The notes below the pieces were generated by a model. The model was not told the origin of the DNA, ran no database searches, and worked only from the letters and a program-made list of their open reading frames with translations. The translations under genes were made by a program, and so were the position numbers. From the NCBI GenBank assembly GCA_964016885.1, contig OZ024743.1, positions 346,828,001 through 346,892,000 on the forward strand: a DNA stretch of 64,000 bases, in the 5' to 3' direction. The stretch comes from Eledone cirrhosa (taxonomy: Eukaryota). Below, in pieces: positions 42,975 to 55,689 of this stretch (positions are counted from its first letter, which is position 1; each line of letters starts with the position of its first letter).

Positions 42975-43283
42975 AACCAAAGATTAGTATGGTTCGTTGA
43001 ATACTCAATGAATACCAATTTAGAATAGATTAGAAGCACTCAACGGAAAAAGTTTTCCTGGAGTTTTTAATATTATTCAAAATATTAACAAATGAAAAAT
43101 ATTCTCATAATCAAATACTGGAATTGAACAATCAAGACCGTACCGGTATCTCATATATCAAATCATATATTTTGTCTAATGAGGACGTACTGAAAAACAA
43201 CACAGTACCTCTGAAATATATATCATAAAGTATATATTTTGATTATGAGAATATTTTTCATTTGTTAATATTTTGAATAATAT
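42975..43283. mobile_element. Palindromic hammerhead element 1 of the 43-kb cluster
   Basis: The tail on - (42975-43070) is homologous to the + tail at 43627-43718. Inverted repeat ~43070-43115 / ~43238-43283; hammerhead at 43165-43235. Confidence 0.65.
43165..43235 (+). ncRNA. Minimal type I hammerhead with a G5A core change
   Basis: atatattttgt CUAAUGA ggacgtactg-aaaaacaaca-cagtacctct GAAA tatata UC ataaagtatat. Stem I is 11 bp including G.U pairs. Confidence 0.7.
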
Positions 43284-43340
43284 ATATATATATATTACTT
43301 CAAAATAGTAATAAATATAGACATTCATGTGATCAAATAT

Positions 43341-43404
43341 ATGTTATTATACATATTTCAGAGGTACTGAGCTATTTCAACAGTACGTCCTCTTCAGATA
43401 AAAT
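43341..43404 (-). ncRNA. Minimal type I hammerhead, canonical core
   Basis: Minus strand: attttat CUGAAGA ggacgtactg-ttgaaatagct-cagtacctct GAAA tatgta UA ataacat. Confidence 0.78.
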
Positions 43405-43513
43405 AAGTTGATGCCTGACATACCTTGACTATGTTGATGGTTATAATTCAGTCATGACTGCCATGACTGAATTATAACCATCAACATAGTCAAGGTATGT
43501 CAGGCATTAAATT

Positions 43514-43577
43514 ATTTTATCTGTGGAGGACGTACTGTTGAAATAGCTCAGTACCTCTGAAATATGTATAATAACAT
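43514..43577 (+). ncRNA. Minimal type I hammerhead, inverted copy of 43341-43404 with a mutated core (CUGUGGA)
   Basis: attttat CUGUGGA ggacgtactg-ttgaaatagct-cagtacctct GAAA tatgta UA ataacat. Confidence 0.68.
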
Positions 43578-43732
43578 ATATTTGATCACATGAATGTCTA
43601 TATTTATTACTATTTTGATGTAATATTAACTCCAGAAAACCTTACTGTAGTGTGCTTCTAATCTATTGTGAAACTTTATTCATTGATTAATTCATTGAAC
43701 CTTGTTAAACTTTTAATTATATATATATATAT

Positions 43733-43929
43733 ATAGGAACGAGTAGGACCCGACGGCTGAGCTCAAGCCATTTCGACGGCTAATTCTGGACGTCCAGAAT
43801 TAGCCGTCGAAACGGCTTGAGCTCAGCCGTCGGGGTCCTACTCGTTCCTATTACCCACTCTACTACCCCAAGTATTGAGTACTTTGGTGCGTTATGGTCC
43901 ACCTGGTTACTTACAACATTTCCTTCGTT
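43733..43929. mobile_element. Palindromic element 3: zero-spacer GC-rich palindrome (43733-43851) plus tail
   Basis: The palindrome is centred on ggac|gtcc (43791/43792). The right arm has GAAA cggct-tgagctc-agccg UC ggggtcc, the 3' half of a hammerhead. The tail contains gtattgagtact and ends in (TA)n. Confidence 0.7.
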
Positions 43930-43945
43930 ATATATATATATATAT

Positions 43946-44100
43946 GGCGGCATATTGGCAGAGTTGTTAGAATGTCAGAGTGCTTTTTAAAATTCGTTCC
44001 GGCTCTATGCTCTCTGCGTTGAAATCCCGCCGAGGTCAACTTTGCTTTTCATCTTTTCGAGGTCGATAAAAAAGTGCCAGTCTAGTATTGAGTCGATTCT
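43946..44100 (+). mobile_element. Family A SINE inserted in the TA tract after the palindrome cluster
   Basis: ttggcagagttgttagaatgtc..gttgaaatcccgccgaggtcaactttgcttttcatcttttcgaggtcgataaaa. Confidence 0.8.
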
Positions 44101-44683
44101 ATCTCTATATCTCTTTCTCACTTCCCTTCTGTCACTTTCTTTACATCTCTAGAATAAATCGGCTGTACTCCAGAGAAGGATGGTCTCCATGAGACTTACA
44201 ATACCCAGAAAACGCCGTATGTCACTACAGCGCATCAAAAGTTACAGGACCATGACATATATATATATATATACACACATATGTTTCTCTGTGTGCGTCT
44301 TCACGCACGCTCCAGTTATTTCTGCTGTGCCTACATGCTTGTGTTGTCTATAGATGTGTAAATATGTGCGTGTCATTTCTGTTCTGACTCAATATACATT
44401 GCCCATTTATTATTGTTTATTCATCGGAAAATGATAGCAAGAAGAAAAGGATATCACTTTGCACAATAACTTTAGGGATTCAGGCTTGGCATAATATCTC
44501 ACGGGATCTCACCTGGCATAACATCTCAAGATATATCACCTAAAACAACACGGCGTCAGATTATGTTACATCTTATATACCATGCTTACAGGGCAGTTTT
44601 CCCAATGTACGTGTATTTGTGTGTGTGAGTCATTCTCTGTCACACTTCCCCTTGTCTCTACTTCTTTATCTCACTTTCTTTCT

Positions 44684-44777
<94 letters not shown>

Positions 44778-44925
44778 ACCCACAAATATGTATATGTTTT
44801 GATGTTTTCTATAACTTCCATTGTTTGGATATATAAGCCTGTCAAAGAAAAACATTCTTGTTCTTTTTTTTATTTTTTAAAATTTAATATCTGCCGTTTA
44901 TTTTCCCTGTTTAGCGATGCAGTAG

Positions 44926-45004
<79 letters not shown>

Positions 45005-48000
45005 CATAGCCGACCTCAGGTGAAGCTGCTAATTTAACCCTTTATTTATAAAATAAATTATTTATTCCATGTATAGCCTATGGTAGGCTTTTTTTATATC
45101 TGGTTATATGTGTTAGTATTACACACAGTCTGTAGATGCGTGATCAGCGAACTCTCACGAAACTCGGAGTAGCAAATGTGATCAATCTTAGCTCTATAAG
45201 TATTTACCTTTTACTTTGGTATTGTGAACGTTTCCCCTGGTTTAAAATTGTTATCTCTAATGCCTGCACACACACTCATGCATCTAAGTGATTACATGTT
45301 AAAGCATTCATGGCGGTTAGAGCAGGAGTAACAATCAACTATTTTGTATTTTTTATATCCTTCCTTACCTCTAGTCCAGTGCACACAGACACACGCATAC
45401 ATACTCATATCTACATACAATCACACGCACACCTGTCTGTGTCCGTCCTGGCACCTGACTAGCCCCGAGGTAAAGGGTATGGCAGCTTGTATCAGCTACT
45501 GCAGCTGTTCCTTCCAGCTCTATTGTATATCATCGTTATTGCTTACCAGCTTGCAATCAAATTGCAACAGCAACGACGACAACAACGACAATAATAATAA
45601 TAATAATATTAATAGCGATTAAAATAATAATGATGGTGATTGTAATAATGATTATTATAGAAACGTTGATGATGATGATTATGACAAAAAATAAAAATGA
45701 GTAGAAGAACAACGACACTAATAAAGTTAATATTGATAATAATATCTTAATTTAGTAGCGATATGTCTTGTTGTATTTCATATAAGTTGTCATTGGGCTG
45801 GGAATCGCGTGAAGTGTAGTTTGATCTCCTGAAATTAATGCTGACGTTTTATGGTCAGAATGAAAACGAGAGCGTATGAAATAAAATTGACGATGATGTC
45901 CAGGATAATGATAATAATAAAAAGGATGGCTATCATTCTAATATGCTAATATTGTTGCTATTGATGATTGTTGTGGGAAGTACTGTTCTAATAACGACTT
46001 CTGACACCTAATTCAACGTTTGTGTTGGCCATCATATTTTGCTAATGGCCAAAGCGACATCGTGAAAAATAATCTCTTATTAGTCACAAAAATCGAAAGT
46101 ATTACAGGGCAAAAAATTGTAATTCTTGTATCTAAATTTAAATCAGTGTCTAAAATATTAACTTGAGTAAGATTGGTAGTCATGGTAATACGCAAGAGTA
46201 TTTGGCTAAATAATTTGCAAAACCGCTTTTAAATCTGTTGTTCGTGTCGATACCTATTATGCGAAAGAAAATTTCCACCGTCAGGATTAAGTGTTCTCTT
46301 ACAATAAGGAATCATTTTACGCCAAACGTTTAAGTGTATATTCGACTATATGTATGTTCCCATAAGGGTATCAATCGATTTCTCTCATTTTCCTTTCCTT
46401 TTTACTCTACTCTGATTATTTATGAATCCAATTAACAAAAGACATGAAAGAAAAAGAAATATTATATTCTGTGCTCAATTATATTACCCTCATAGTCAAT
46501 GATTGCTACGAAGTTAAGTTTGAAAGGTAAAGTTTTGAGAAATGCAATAAAAATTATTGTTATCAAAGAGAATGAAAATGCCTCATCTATTCCGTAAAAC
46601 TATGCTAATATTGCTGTTATTTCACAAGAATACGCTTATTATATATTTTATATACAAAGTATTTTCCGCATGTTCTATTATAAGCAGCTTTTATAGTTCC
46701 ATTGATCAAGGTCTCCTGAATATCGTGAACGAGAAGCCAGAATGAAAAATTTGTGATGTTTTAGTCATTGCCAAACACCACATACAATCGTTATTTCCAC
46801 AACCCTAAAGTTAGTCGCACTATACTCAGTATAACACTCTTTCTTTCTTGCCATCATTGTCGTTATCTTCATTGTCATTTATATCCCCACCCTTCTCATA
46901 CATTGACCATACTACTACCATTAACAACATAACACAGATATTCATCAAAATCGACAATATTGTAAGAAGCACTATAGCACAATTGCAGTCAACACCACAA
47001 CAGTCGTATTCACCATTACCAACAGTAGCACTGAAATAATCAGTGTTAACACTGTCAACTTCAGTTTCACCATCATCTCCATCAAGAACCACTCAGCAGC
47101 CATATAACATATTTCCAGCTTCCGTCATTAATTTTTAACTGAATGTAATTTTATACTTTGTATTTGTTTTCACATTTGATATCTTGTTAATACGATAATG
47201 ATAATAATAATAACAATAATATTATTGTTATTATATTAATCTTGATAATATTGTTGAAGATGTTAGTTATAATAATAAAGTTGATGACGAGTAAATTTAA
47301 AAGCAGTGATATTAGCCATAATAATAATAATGATGATGAGGATATTAATCATGATAATAAACCGCTCTTTTTCCCCAAGTGCCCATACTTACAATACAAA
47401 TCAAATCACAGAAAACTGACTACAAAACAAATACAAATTAAGGTTACCCTCTGACACAGAGTTCAGATGCTGCCACATAGTAAAACCTCTGATTACCCTC
47501 CGCTCCTCTTACTTTCTGTATATTCTCTATGCATACATCATTTGCTCATTGCGAAGGTGAGATTCAGACAAGGGTCAATGTGGCTCTCAGTATCCCTGCT
47601 AGTGAATCCCATATTTCTATTTTCCAATCCTATAAGGTGGACAAGTGTGTGGAGCACCAACATTTTCTGCTCTCTCATTTAATCTTTGCACTTTAGGATC
47701 AAGCATATGTTTCCTTATGTCTTTCGCAAGTCAATGATACATATATCCTGACACCCATAGGTTAGGGCTTTCTACAGTTCCTCATAGTTCCTCATTGAAA
47801 GATATGTGGTGATATGGGAGCACCCTTAAAACGGAGATATGTCATATTTTTTGAATGAAGAGGGAAAACCTTTTTGCATCTTTGTCTGGGTTTGCCTGTT
47901 GTACAATAATTTCGTTTTTGCACACATCATTAGCAAAAGAGGAATTATAATTATTTTTGTTGGTGCCAGTGAATAGTTTCCCTAGGCCAAATTATGACTA

Positions 48001-48897
48001 TTTATAAGTGCGACTGTTTGTTTCTTCCGTTTCGTTTTTTTTTTTTTTTCTTTGAAACTATATTTTCGAATATGTAGTAGTGGGCGTATACCCTACTACA
48101 CTATTTGTGGTTAGCATCTTCCGTTACGCTAGAGGTGGCCACCTTGAAAGGATAATGCAACATAACATTGCGAAAAAAGTATATACAATAAAACCATTTA
48201 AAACGAAGACTTTTCCTTCCTAAGGCGATGAGATAGATGCTCAAACGATCCCGAGTTTCTTTCTGGTAAAAAGAGCTAAAGAAAGCACATGTCAAAATAA
48301 TAATCATTTTTAAAATAACGATCAATAATAATAATAACAATATTATTCTATATTTCTAGAGATAATAAAAATAACCCCATTTATGATCATTTATGTTCAC
48401 CTCCAGTATCACACAATTCTTACGTTCGGTAATAAAAATTACAATACTAGATACACCCACAACCACCGCTCACACACAAGAAAAACATTCAATAAAATAA
48501 GCAGAAAGCAACAAAATAAAACTCTTATTTAACACAAAAGTCATACACTTGATGTCAAGTCCTCTTTACAATTATAATAACCATCATCATCATTGTAGCT
48601 ATCTGTGGCATCTTCATCGGTGCCAACTGCTATAACTAACACCATCACTGCCATTGTAATCATATTGCTGACGACTAAAATCCGTATCATCAGCTACATG
48701 ACAATCATCAACACTATCACCATCCTTGTCATCATCACAATTACCAATATCCCCACCGTCAACAGCAGTACCGGCCATATTTTCTCTAAATACTTTCCAC
48801 TGTGTATTTGTATTGTTGTTGATTTTATCATTTTTAAGATTCTCCTTTTACTTTTTTTTTATTTCGTTTTCATTTCTTTAGCTCCCAACACACACAC

Positions 48898-48928
<31 letters not shown>

Positions 48929-49730
48929 CTTCTTCTTCTTCTTCTTCTTCTTCTTCTTTTTTTTCTTTTACCTTTTCTTCTTCTTCTTCTTCTTCTTCTT
49001 CTTCTTCTTCTTCTTCTTCTTCTTCTTCTTCTTCTTCTTCTTCTTCTTCTTCTTCTTCTTCTTCTTCTATGATGATGATGCTGATTTGTTATTAAGAAAA
49101 CGAATATTTAACCTTTTTCTTGTCACCTCTGCCGCCATTTAATTTCAATTTTATCCTCATTTTCTATTTCTATTTCTTTACATATCACATCTCTTGTTTA
49201 TCACTTTTTCCCTTCATCTCTTCGTATAGCTCCTTTATGCCCCCCCCCCCCCTCCTATATCTCTCTTATTTCTCTCTCTTTTTCTCTCTCCATGTATCAC
49301 TCATTATCTCTAACTCACACACACACTTATCTTCGTGCCCCCCCCCCCCCCACTCCCAGCCGATGTGCATATTGACTGATTTATCCCTACGGGTGTGTAA
49401 TGATGGGCTGCAGTAGCATGAATGGGTTCGGGGACGTAGAGATGTGAGTGTGTTGAATGTTCGAGTGTGTGTCTATCTGTCTGCAATACTTAGTTCAAGC
49501 TTGCTGTCGAAACCGTTGTGATATTTTTTTATTTTTCAATTGATTTATGTTTTACGATTTTTTTATTCGGAATATGTGGTGGAGGTTTAATTATTGGTAA
49601 GGTAAAGGCCACATCGGAAGTACTGAATAATAATAAAAAAAATGGTAGATACCCATACATACATCTAAATACATATACATCTCTCTCTACACACACACAA
49701 ACAAAATATGAGCACCAAGCTAGACGTACA

Positions 49731-49811
<81 letters not shown>

Positions 49812-50590
49812 TATTTACACTCGAATTATGTGTCTACCTTGGTGGTTATATTGAACTTTTTTATATGTTTGGATTATACCCTTTGCGCTACCAACCAGCA
49901 GGAGTCGCTGGAGTCTCCGTCATCAGGCAATTGTGCTCCCTGATTTTATCTATGCAGATGACACGTAATAGAATAATATAGTATTATAAGTTGTTGTTTT
50001 GTATTTGTAACATTTAGTTACTCTCGGTTCACCAGTTTGAACACTTAATGCCAATGTGGGTCCGGTTGGTGATGTGACATTCGATATTTGGTATAAAACC
50101 ATAAACGGTATCCTTAAGTAGATCGTATTTAACACATGCATAAACATAATGATGCCTCGTTCCTAATCCTTTTTGTTATTATATACTGTATATATGGATA
50201 TGATATGTATATATGTAAAATCATATATGTATATGATGCGATTTATGGGTAAGATATAATGGCGTTTCTTTAACTAAACCAAACACAGAATAACCGGTAT
50301 ATCGCTCATACCTTTAACTGAGCCAGCACAGAATAAGTTCTTTTTAAAAAATCAGTAATTTCTTTAATAAACTGATGCGTTAGTAGATTAATATGTGCTT
50401 GTGCAAGTACACACACAATTTTTTTTATATAAGCATCTATGTATACATGTGTGTGTGTCTCTCTCTCTCTATATATATATATATATTGTTCTTGACTGGT
50501 TTCAGTAATTGGGCTGCGACCTGAGTACTTATTTTTTCAAACATGACGCACATCTATCTGTTTTTAGTTCAATCTCTCGCTCTCATTCAG

Positions 50591-50668
<78 letters not shown>

Positions 50669-50975
50669 GTACGCATGTGTAAAACCCTTGCTAGCAGAGA
50701 AGAGAAATGCATTATGATGATATGATACCTATATTCATATATGCTGAATGTTCATTCATTTTCTTAGAGATGCTGTCATATTCACAATGGCTATTTCACT
50801 TTCTCCGCCAAGAAACTTTGGGTATTCTGCCAACTAAGGCACTTGGCGCTATCTAATGGTAAGAAATGTTTTGTGGGTAGCTTGCTGTTTTCATAACGGC
50901 TATCAGGTGCGATATGTTTATTGTGGTGATGGTTATGTCGATGATCTAGTAATAGTATTATTATTATCTAGTAAT

Positions 50976-51077
<102 letters not shown>

Positions 51078-52589
51078 TGTTGTAGGAATAGTAGTGGCGG
51101 TGGGGAAAAGTAAAATTGTAATGGTTGTTCTCCAAGATATTTGGAATTTTGTGTTTCCTCTCCTTTGTTCTTTTAAGTTCTTTCTCTCACACTTATTCTT
51201 TTTCTCTCTAATTTTCTCACACCATTACTCGTCGTGCTCACTCGTTATCTCTCTACTTCCCCTTCTCTCGCTCTATCTATCTCGTTCTCTCACTCTCTTG
51301 TCTTATTAAATTCATGTAATGTCGTCTCTCTCCAGTTTGTTAAGGGGTCGACATGTTAGAATATATTGGTAAATCTGAAATTATACGAAATAAGAAACGC
51401 GATAGCGTGTTTTTACTGGAAGAATAGAGGCAGGGTGTAATGAACATAAAAGCGAACAATATTGGTGGCTAGTAGCCCAGGTCAGCAGTTTTCATCGAGA
51501 GCATTCCAGCTATGACCATACAATCTTTTATTCAGTCATTGTGTATCTTATTTTTTTCTTTTCTTGTAGTGCAGTGATTTTCTGTAGATTCATTTCTAGC
51601 GTGACCAGCAACACCATAGACATTATTTTAAACTGATATTGGTGAATGCTTTATTTGATTATCTCTGCAATAATTAATAATTCTTCGAACTATTTTTTCA
51701 AGTGGTTAATGTTTTTAAGAATGCAATTTACAAAACTGCCGAAGAGTAGAGAAAAGTATATGAGAAAGAAAAAACTATAAAGTAGGAAGAATTGGGAGGC
51801 AATCCCAAGATGTGGTAGCGCACCTCAGTCAAATCTCGCGGAATGTAGCTTGCAATACAGGCTGCAACATGATGCTCATGATGCTCTCTTATTGGGCCTG
51901 ATGCTTTACTCTCAAATTGGTGGAAGAAAAGGATAGGCAGGAGACCGCCGGCCTTGGAAATCTCGATGGTAAAAAGCTAAAAAATGAAACGGTTAGTTTC
52001 AAAGTCTTTTGAAATTAATCCTGGATATCTTTGGACTGGCTGCAAATGTTTCTGTATTTGATTTGAGGAGAAAGATAAAGTATAAAACGTCGTCATCTTT
52101 GTAAAAAATCTTAACAAAATTTGATTGAAGTGTGTCCTCTCACTTGCGTTATACGATCCATATGCTTATATAAATGTCTATGTACGTCCATGTATTGGGG
52201 TTTGTGTAACATTCATTTTCCTGGGGTTTTAGAGCGCTAAGGAATAGTATGATATTGAAAAATATTTTTTTTCTCTCATATATTTGTGAAAGTGCTGTGT
52301 TGCGGAACTAGGTGTTGAGAGTTTTTCAGCCTTGTTGAATTGTTTAAAAATATTTTGTGGCTTCGTATGTTTAAGCACGTGTAATATGCGTGTCCACTGT
52401 ATTTATATTCTTTTTTGTCCGACCACTTTCCGCCCTGGTGATACGGCTTATTATTTTGTAGAGTGGTCTAGTTGGGGAAGGTATGTTCTATTTTCAATTT
52501 TAAAGCAGACAAAGTTGGTGTGTGGGTGGGTATATTAAATTTGAGAGCTGATATGGAGATTTTCTGCTTTAGTAGTCAGCTCCCTCTCC

Positions 52590-52718
<129 letters not shown>

Positions 52719-53481
52719 GTCTTTTGTGCATAGAACAATGAATAAAAGGATATACAAATATATATATATAGTGTGTGCGTGTGTTTATGTATGTATCTAT
52801 GTATATATATGTGTGTGTGTGTGTGTATTTTTCATCTATATTTATTGCAAATTCACATTTCTATCATTCTCACTATTGTTAAATTCCTACTGGGTGGTAA
52901 ATTGACAAAAGGTGAAAAGGGTCCAAAATAAATTGAAAAAGGGATGGGTCAGTGTTTGAATGACCGTCATCATAAGCTAATAGAAGGAGTTTTATTTTGT
53001 TTGAACTAGTCTCCTTTTCAATTAAAACTTGCCGTCTTTATTTTTTTTCTTCTCACTTTGAATTGTGGTTTCAAAGTTTGAGAAAAAAGACGTGCAGTTG
53101 ATATGGGGCGTGAAAGAGTATATGTGTGTGAGAGAGAAAGAGAGAGAGAGAGGGGAGTCTAGAAGAGAAGGACAAAAAAGAAGAAAGAAAAATATCAGAT
53201 ATTGATTAAAATATTGAGGCTTCCCCAGGCTCATATTAGTCACAGCCAATGTCAGTGCAATGTTGCTTAAACTCTGTAAGATATATAGCCATACACGCAC
53301 ATAGGCAGGTATACTCAACCCTCAAAATATAACTGTTGACAATTGCCTTCTGTGTTTTGTTCGTTCAACTATATAATATATATATATATATATTTATTAA
53401 AATAACAGATTAAAATTTCAGCAAAGAATCGCTGCTTTCATAAATATTTGCTCTACGGTTCTTATATATTTGATATATATT

Positions 53482-53604
53482 TATCCTTATCGAGCCCTCT
53501 TTGGATTTTAGTCTTCAAATTTATTATTATTACTATATATATATATAGTAATAATAATAAATTTGAAGACTAAAATCCAAAGGGGGCTCGGCTCGATAAG
53601 GATA
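53482..53604. repeat. Near-perfect palindrome centred on a (TA)n tract
   Basis: tatccttatcgagccctctttggattttagtcttcaaatttattattattac (TA)n gtaataataataaatttgaagactaaaatccaaagggggctcg(gctcg)ataaggata. Confidence 0.8.
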
Positions 53605-53619
53605 TATATTTGAACCCAG

Positions 53620-53686
<67 letters not shown>

Positions 53687-55048
53687 GTATATATATTAGT
53701 ATGTAAGAAGATATCAGGATATTTATAAGGAACTCAATATCATTATTGTGATTAACTCTACTTTCGTATGAAAAACAATATCAATCATTCAAATGCATTA
53801 AACAAGCTGCAGCTATGCACCAATACAAATACTACTAAAATATCACTTCCAGTGGTTACATACTACTTTATATATTTCATGTTTCTCTACAAAGATCACA
53901 TTTTTATATTTCAGAATTTGAAAAATATGCATTAGTACTATATTAAGGTATTATTTGTTGACTGTATTCATCCCTTATTGTAATGGTTTCCAGATATATT
54001 TCGTTTCAGGAAGCACATGTGATTTTCCAAAAATCGGATAACACAAATCTATTTTGCCCACAATCCCTACTAACCTATTTTTTTTAAAGTTATGACTTAA
54101 AACATAAATTGTTTTAAAGAGAAATTATTTCTTTTGAGGGGAATAACAAAACAAATACTTAATATTGAAAGAAACACCAGAATTTTCTTTCGGAGACTAA
54201 TTTGAGAAACACTACTTACATGCCTGTTGTTTTGGATTGACAGAATTGTTGAACTGTCGTATAGAATGCTTGGCATATTCGTTCTGACTCTTTACGTCTG
54301 GGTTCAAATCGGGTCATCGAAATCAATTGTTTTCATTATTGGTTATATATAATGTTACAAATCTTGGATTACTCTTGAAACGAATAAATGTTTCCGTCTA
54401 TCTCCAATAAACGCTGTTTTGTATGGACTCAAAACAATAAATAGAATTTCGTGTTCATTAATGGGAAAAAACTCCTGTTTGAATCCTAATCTATAAATGA
54501 TTATCAAAATAAAATTATTTCATTTTATTTTCCTTGAAGACATTACAAGTAAACGTTTCGTTCAGCTTAATTAACTAAGCGATGCTTTCTATATATTTGA
54601 CACAACGGGATAAATAGTTTAATGCATATTTGTAATCTCCTAAACAACAATGAATGTACACTTACGATCTCCCCCTATCTGATGATAAACATGTACACAT
54701 ACACTTACATGCACCTACTCAGAAAAAAAAAACACATTCATCATCTCTGTTTCAGTCTTGGTACCTTGGTGGCTGAAACGAATTACAACAGCATTTAAAC
54801 AAACAAAAATAGTTGGTCTTTCACACTCACTTTGAATGACACAGACACATGTTTCATTTCTCATAATTTCAACGCTAATCCAGGATTAACCCATTAATGT
54901 TCCGAATAATGTGTGCAAATAAGTGCAGTTGCTGTCAACGAGTGTGAATGTTAGCTCACAGCTAAGCTTCAGCTTTTCATCCTAATTTTGAGGTTAGCGA
55001 AACCAGGGCAAGTTTATTTTGCAAACATTCATCACCTTGATTGTGCTG

Positions 55049-55096
<48 letters not shown>

Positions 55097-55406
55097 TACA
55101 CACACAGAGGCACACAAACATAGGCGCACACATACACGCATACACAAATATATGTTTTGTGTGTATTTGCATTTATATTAGCATAGTACCCGACAAAATA
55201 ACTGGACTTTAGTAAACAAAATATGTAACTTAATAATTCCTTGATTTACTACATTCTATGTAAAATCGCCGTATTTTATTGTACATCCATTTAAATCAAT
55301 TACAATAGTGTTTTACAGTATTTTCTTTAATCATTATCAAACACATATGCAGTAAATTCAGATGAATCTGTTCTATCTAGGTACTGTATATATATCTATC
55401 TGTCTG

Positions 55407-55452
<46 letters not shown>

Positions 55453-55651
55453 AATGTGTGTCTATCGATTTATCTAACTAACTACACATCTATCCAGCTA
55501 TCTCTGAAAATGTTATTGGCATTCGTTCCTTGTTATTTTAAAGATAAATATATTTTTAAATATACATATGACAGGCGGATAGTTATGTACGTAAATAGAT
55601 AGACAATTATATATATATATATACATATACAATAAGAGATTAACGGGACTA

Positions 55652-55689
<38 letters not shown>

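Larger units (their letters stand above)
43292..43718. mobile_element. Palindromic hammerhead element 2: 165-bp arms, 5-nt spacer, plus 3' tail
   Basis: Arms 43292-43456 and 43462-43626 are near-perfect reverse complements, each with a hammerhead. The tail ends in (TA)n. Confidence 0.75.

Noticed and set aside
47740-47830. Possible CR1/L2 LINE remnant on the minus strand (RNYEEL*KAL)
   Set aside because: Similarity is too short to support by eye; the same applies to ~7800-8000 and ~14400-14600.
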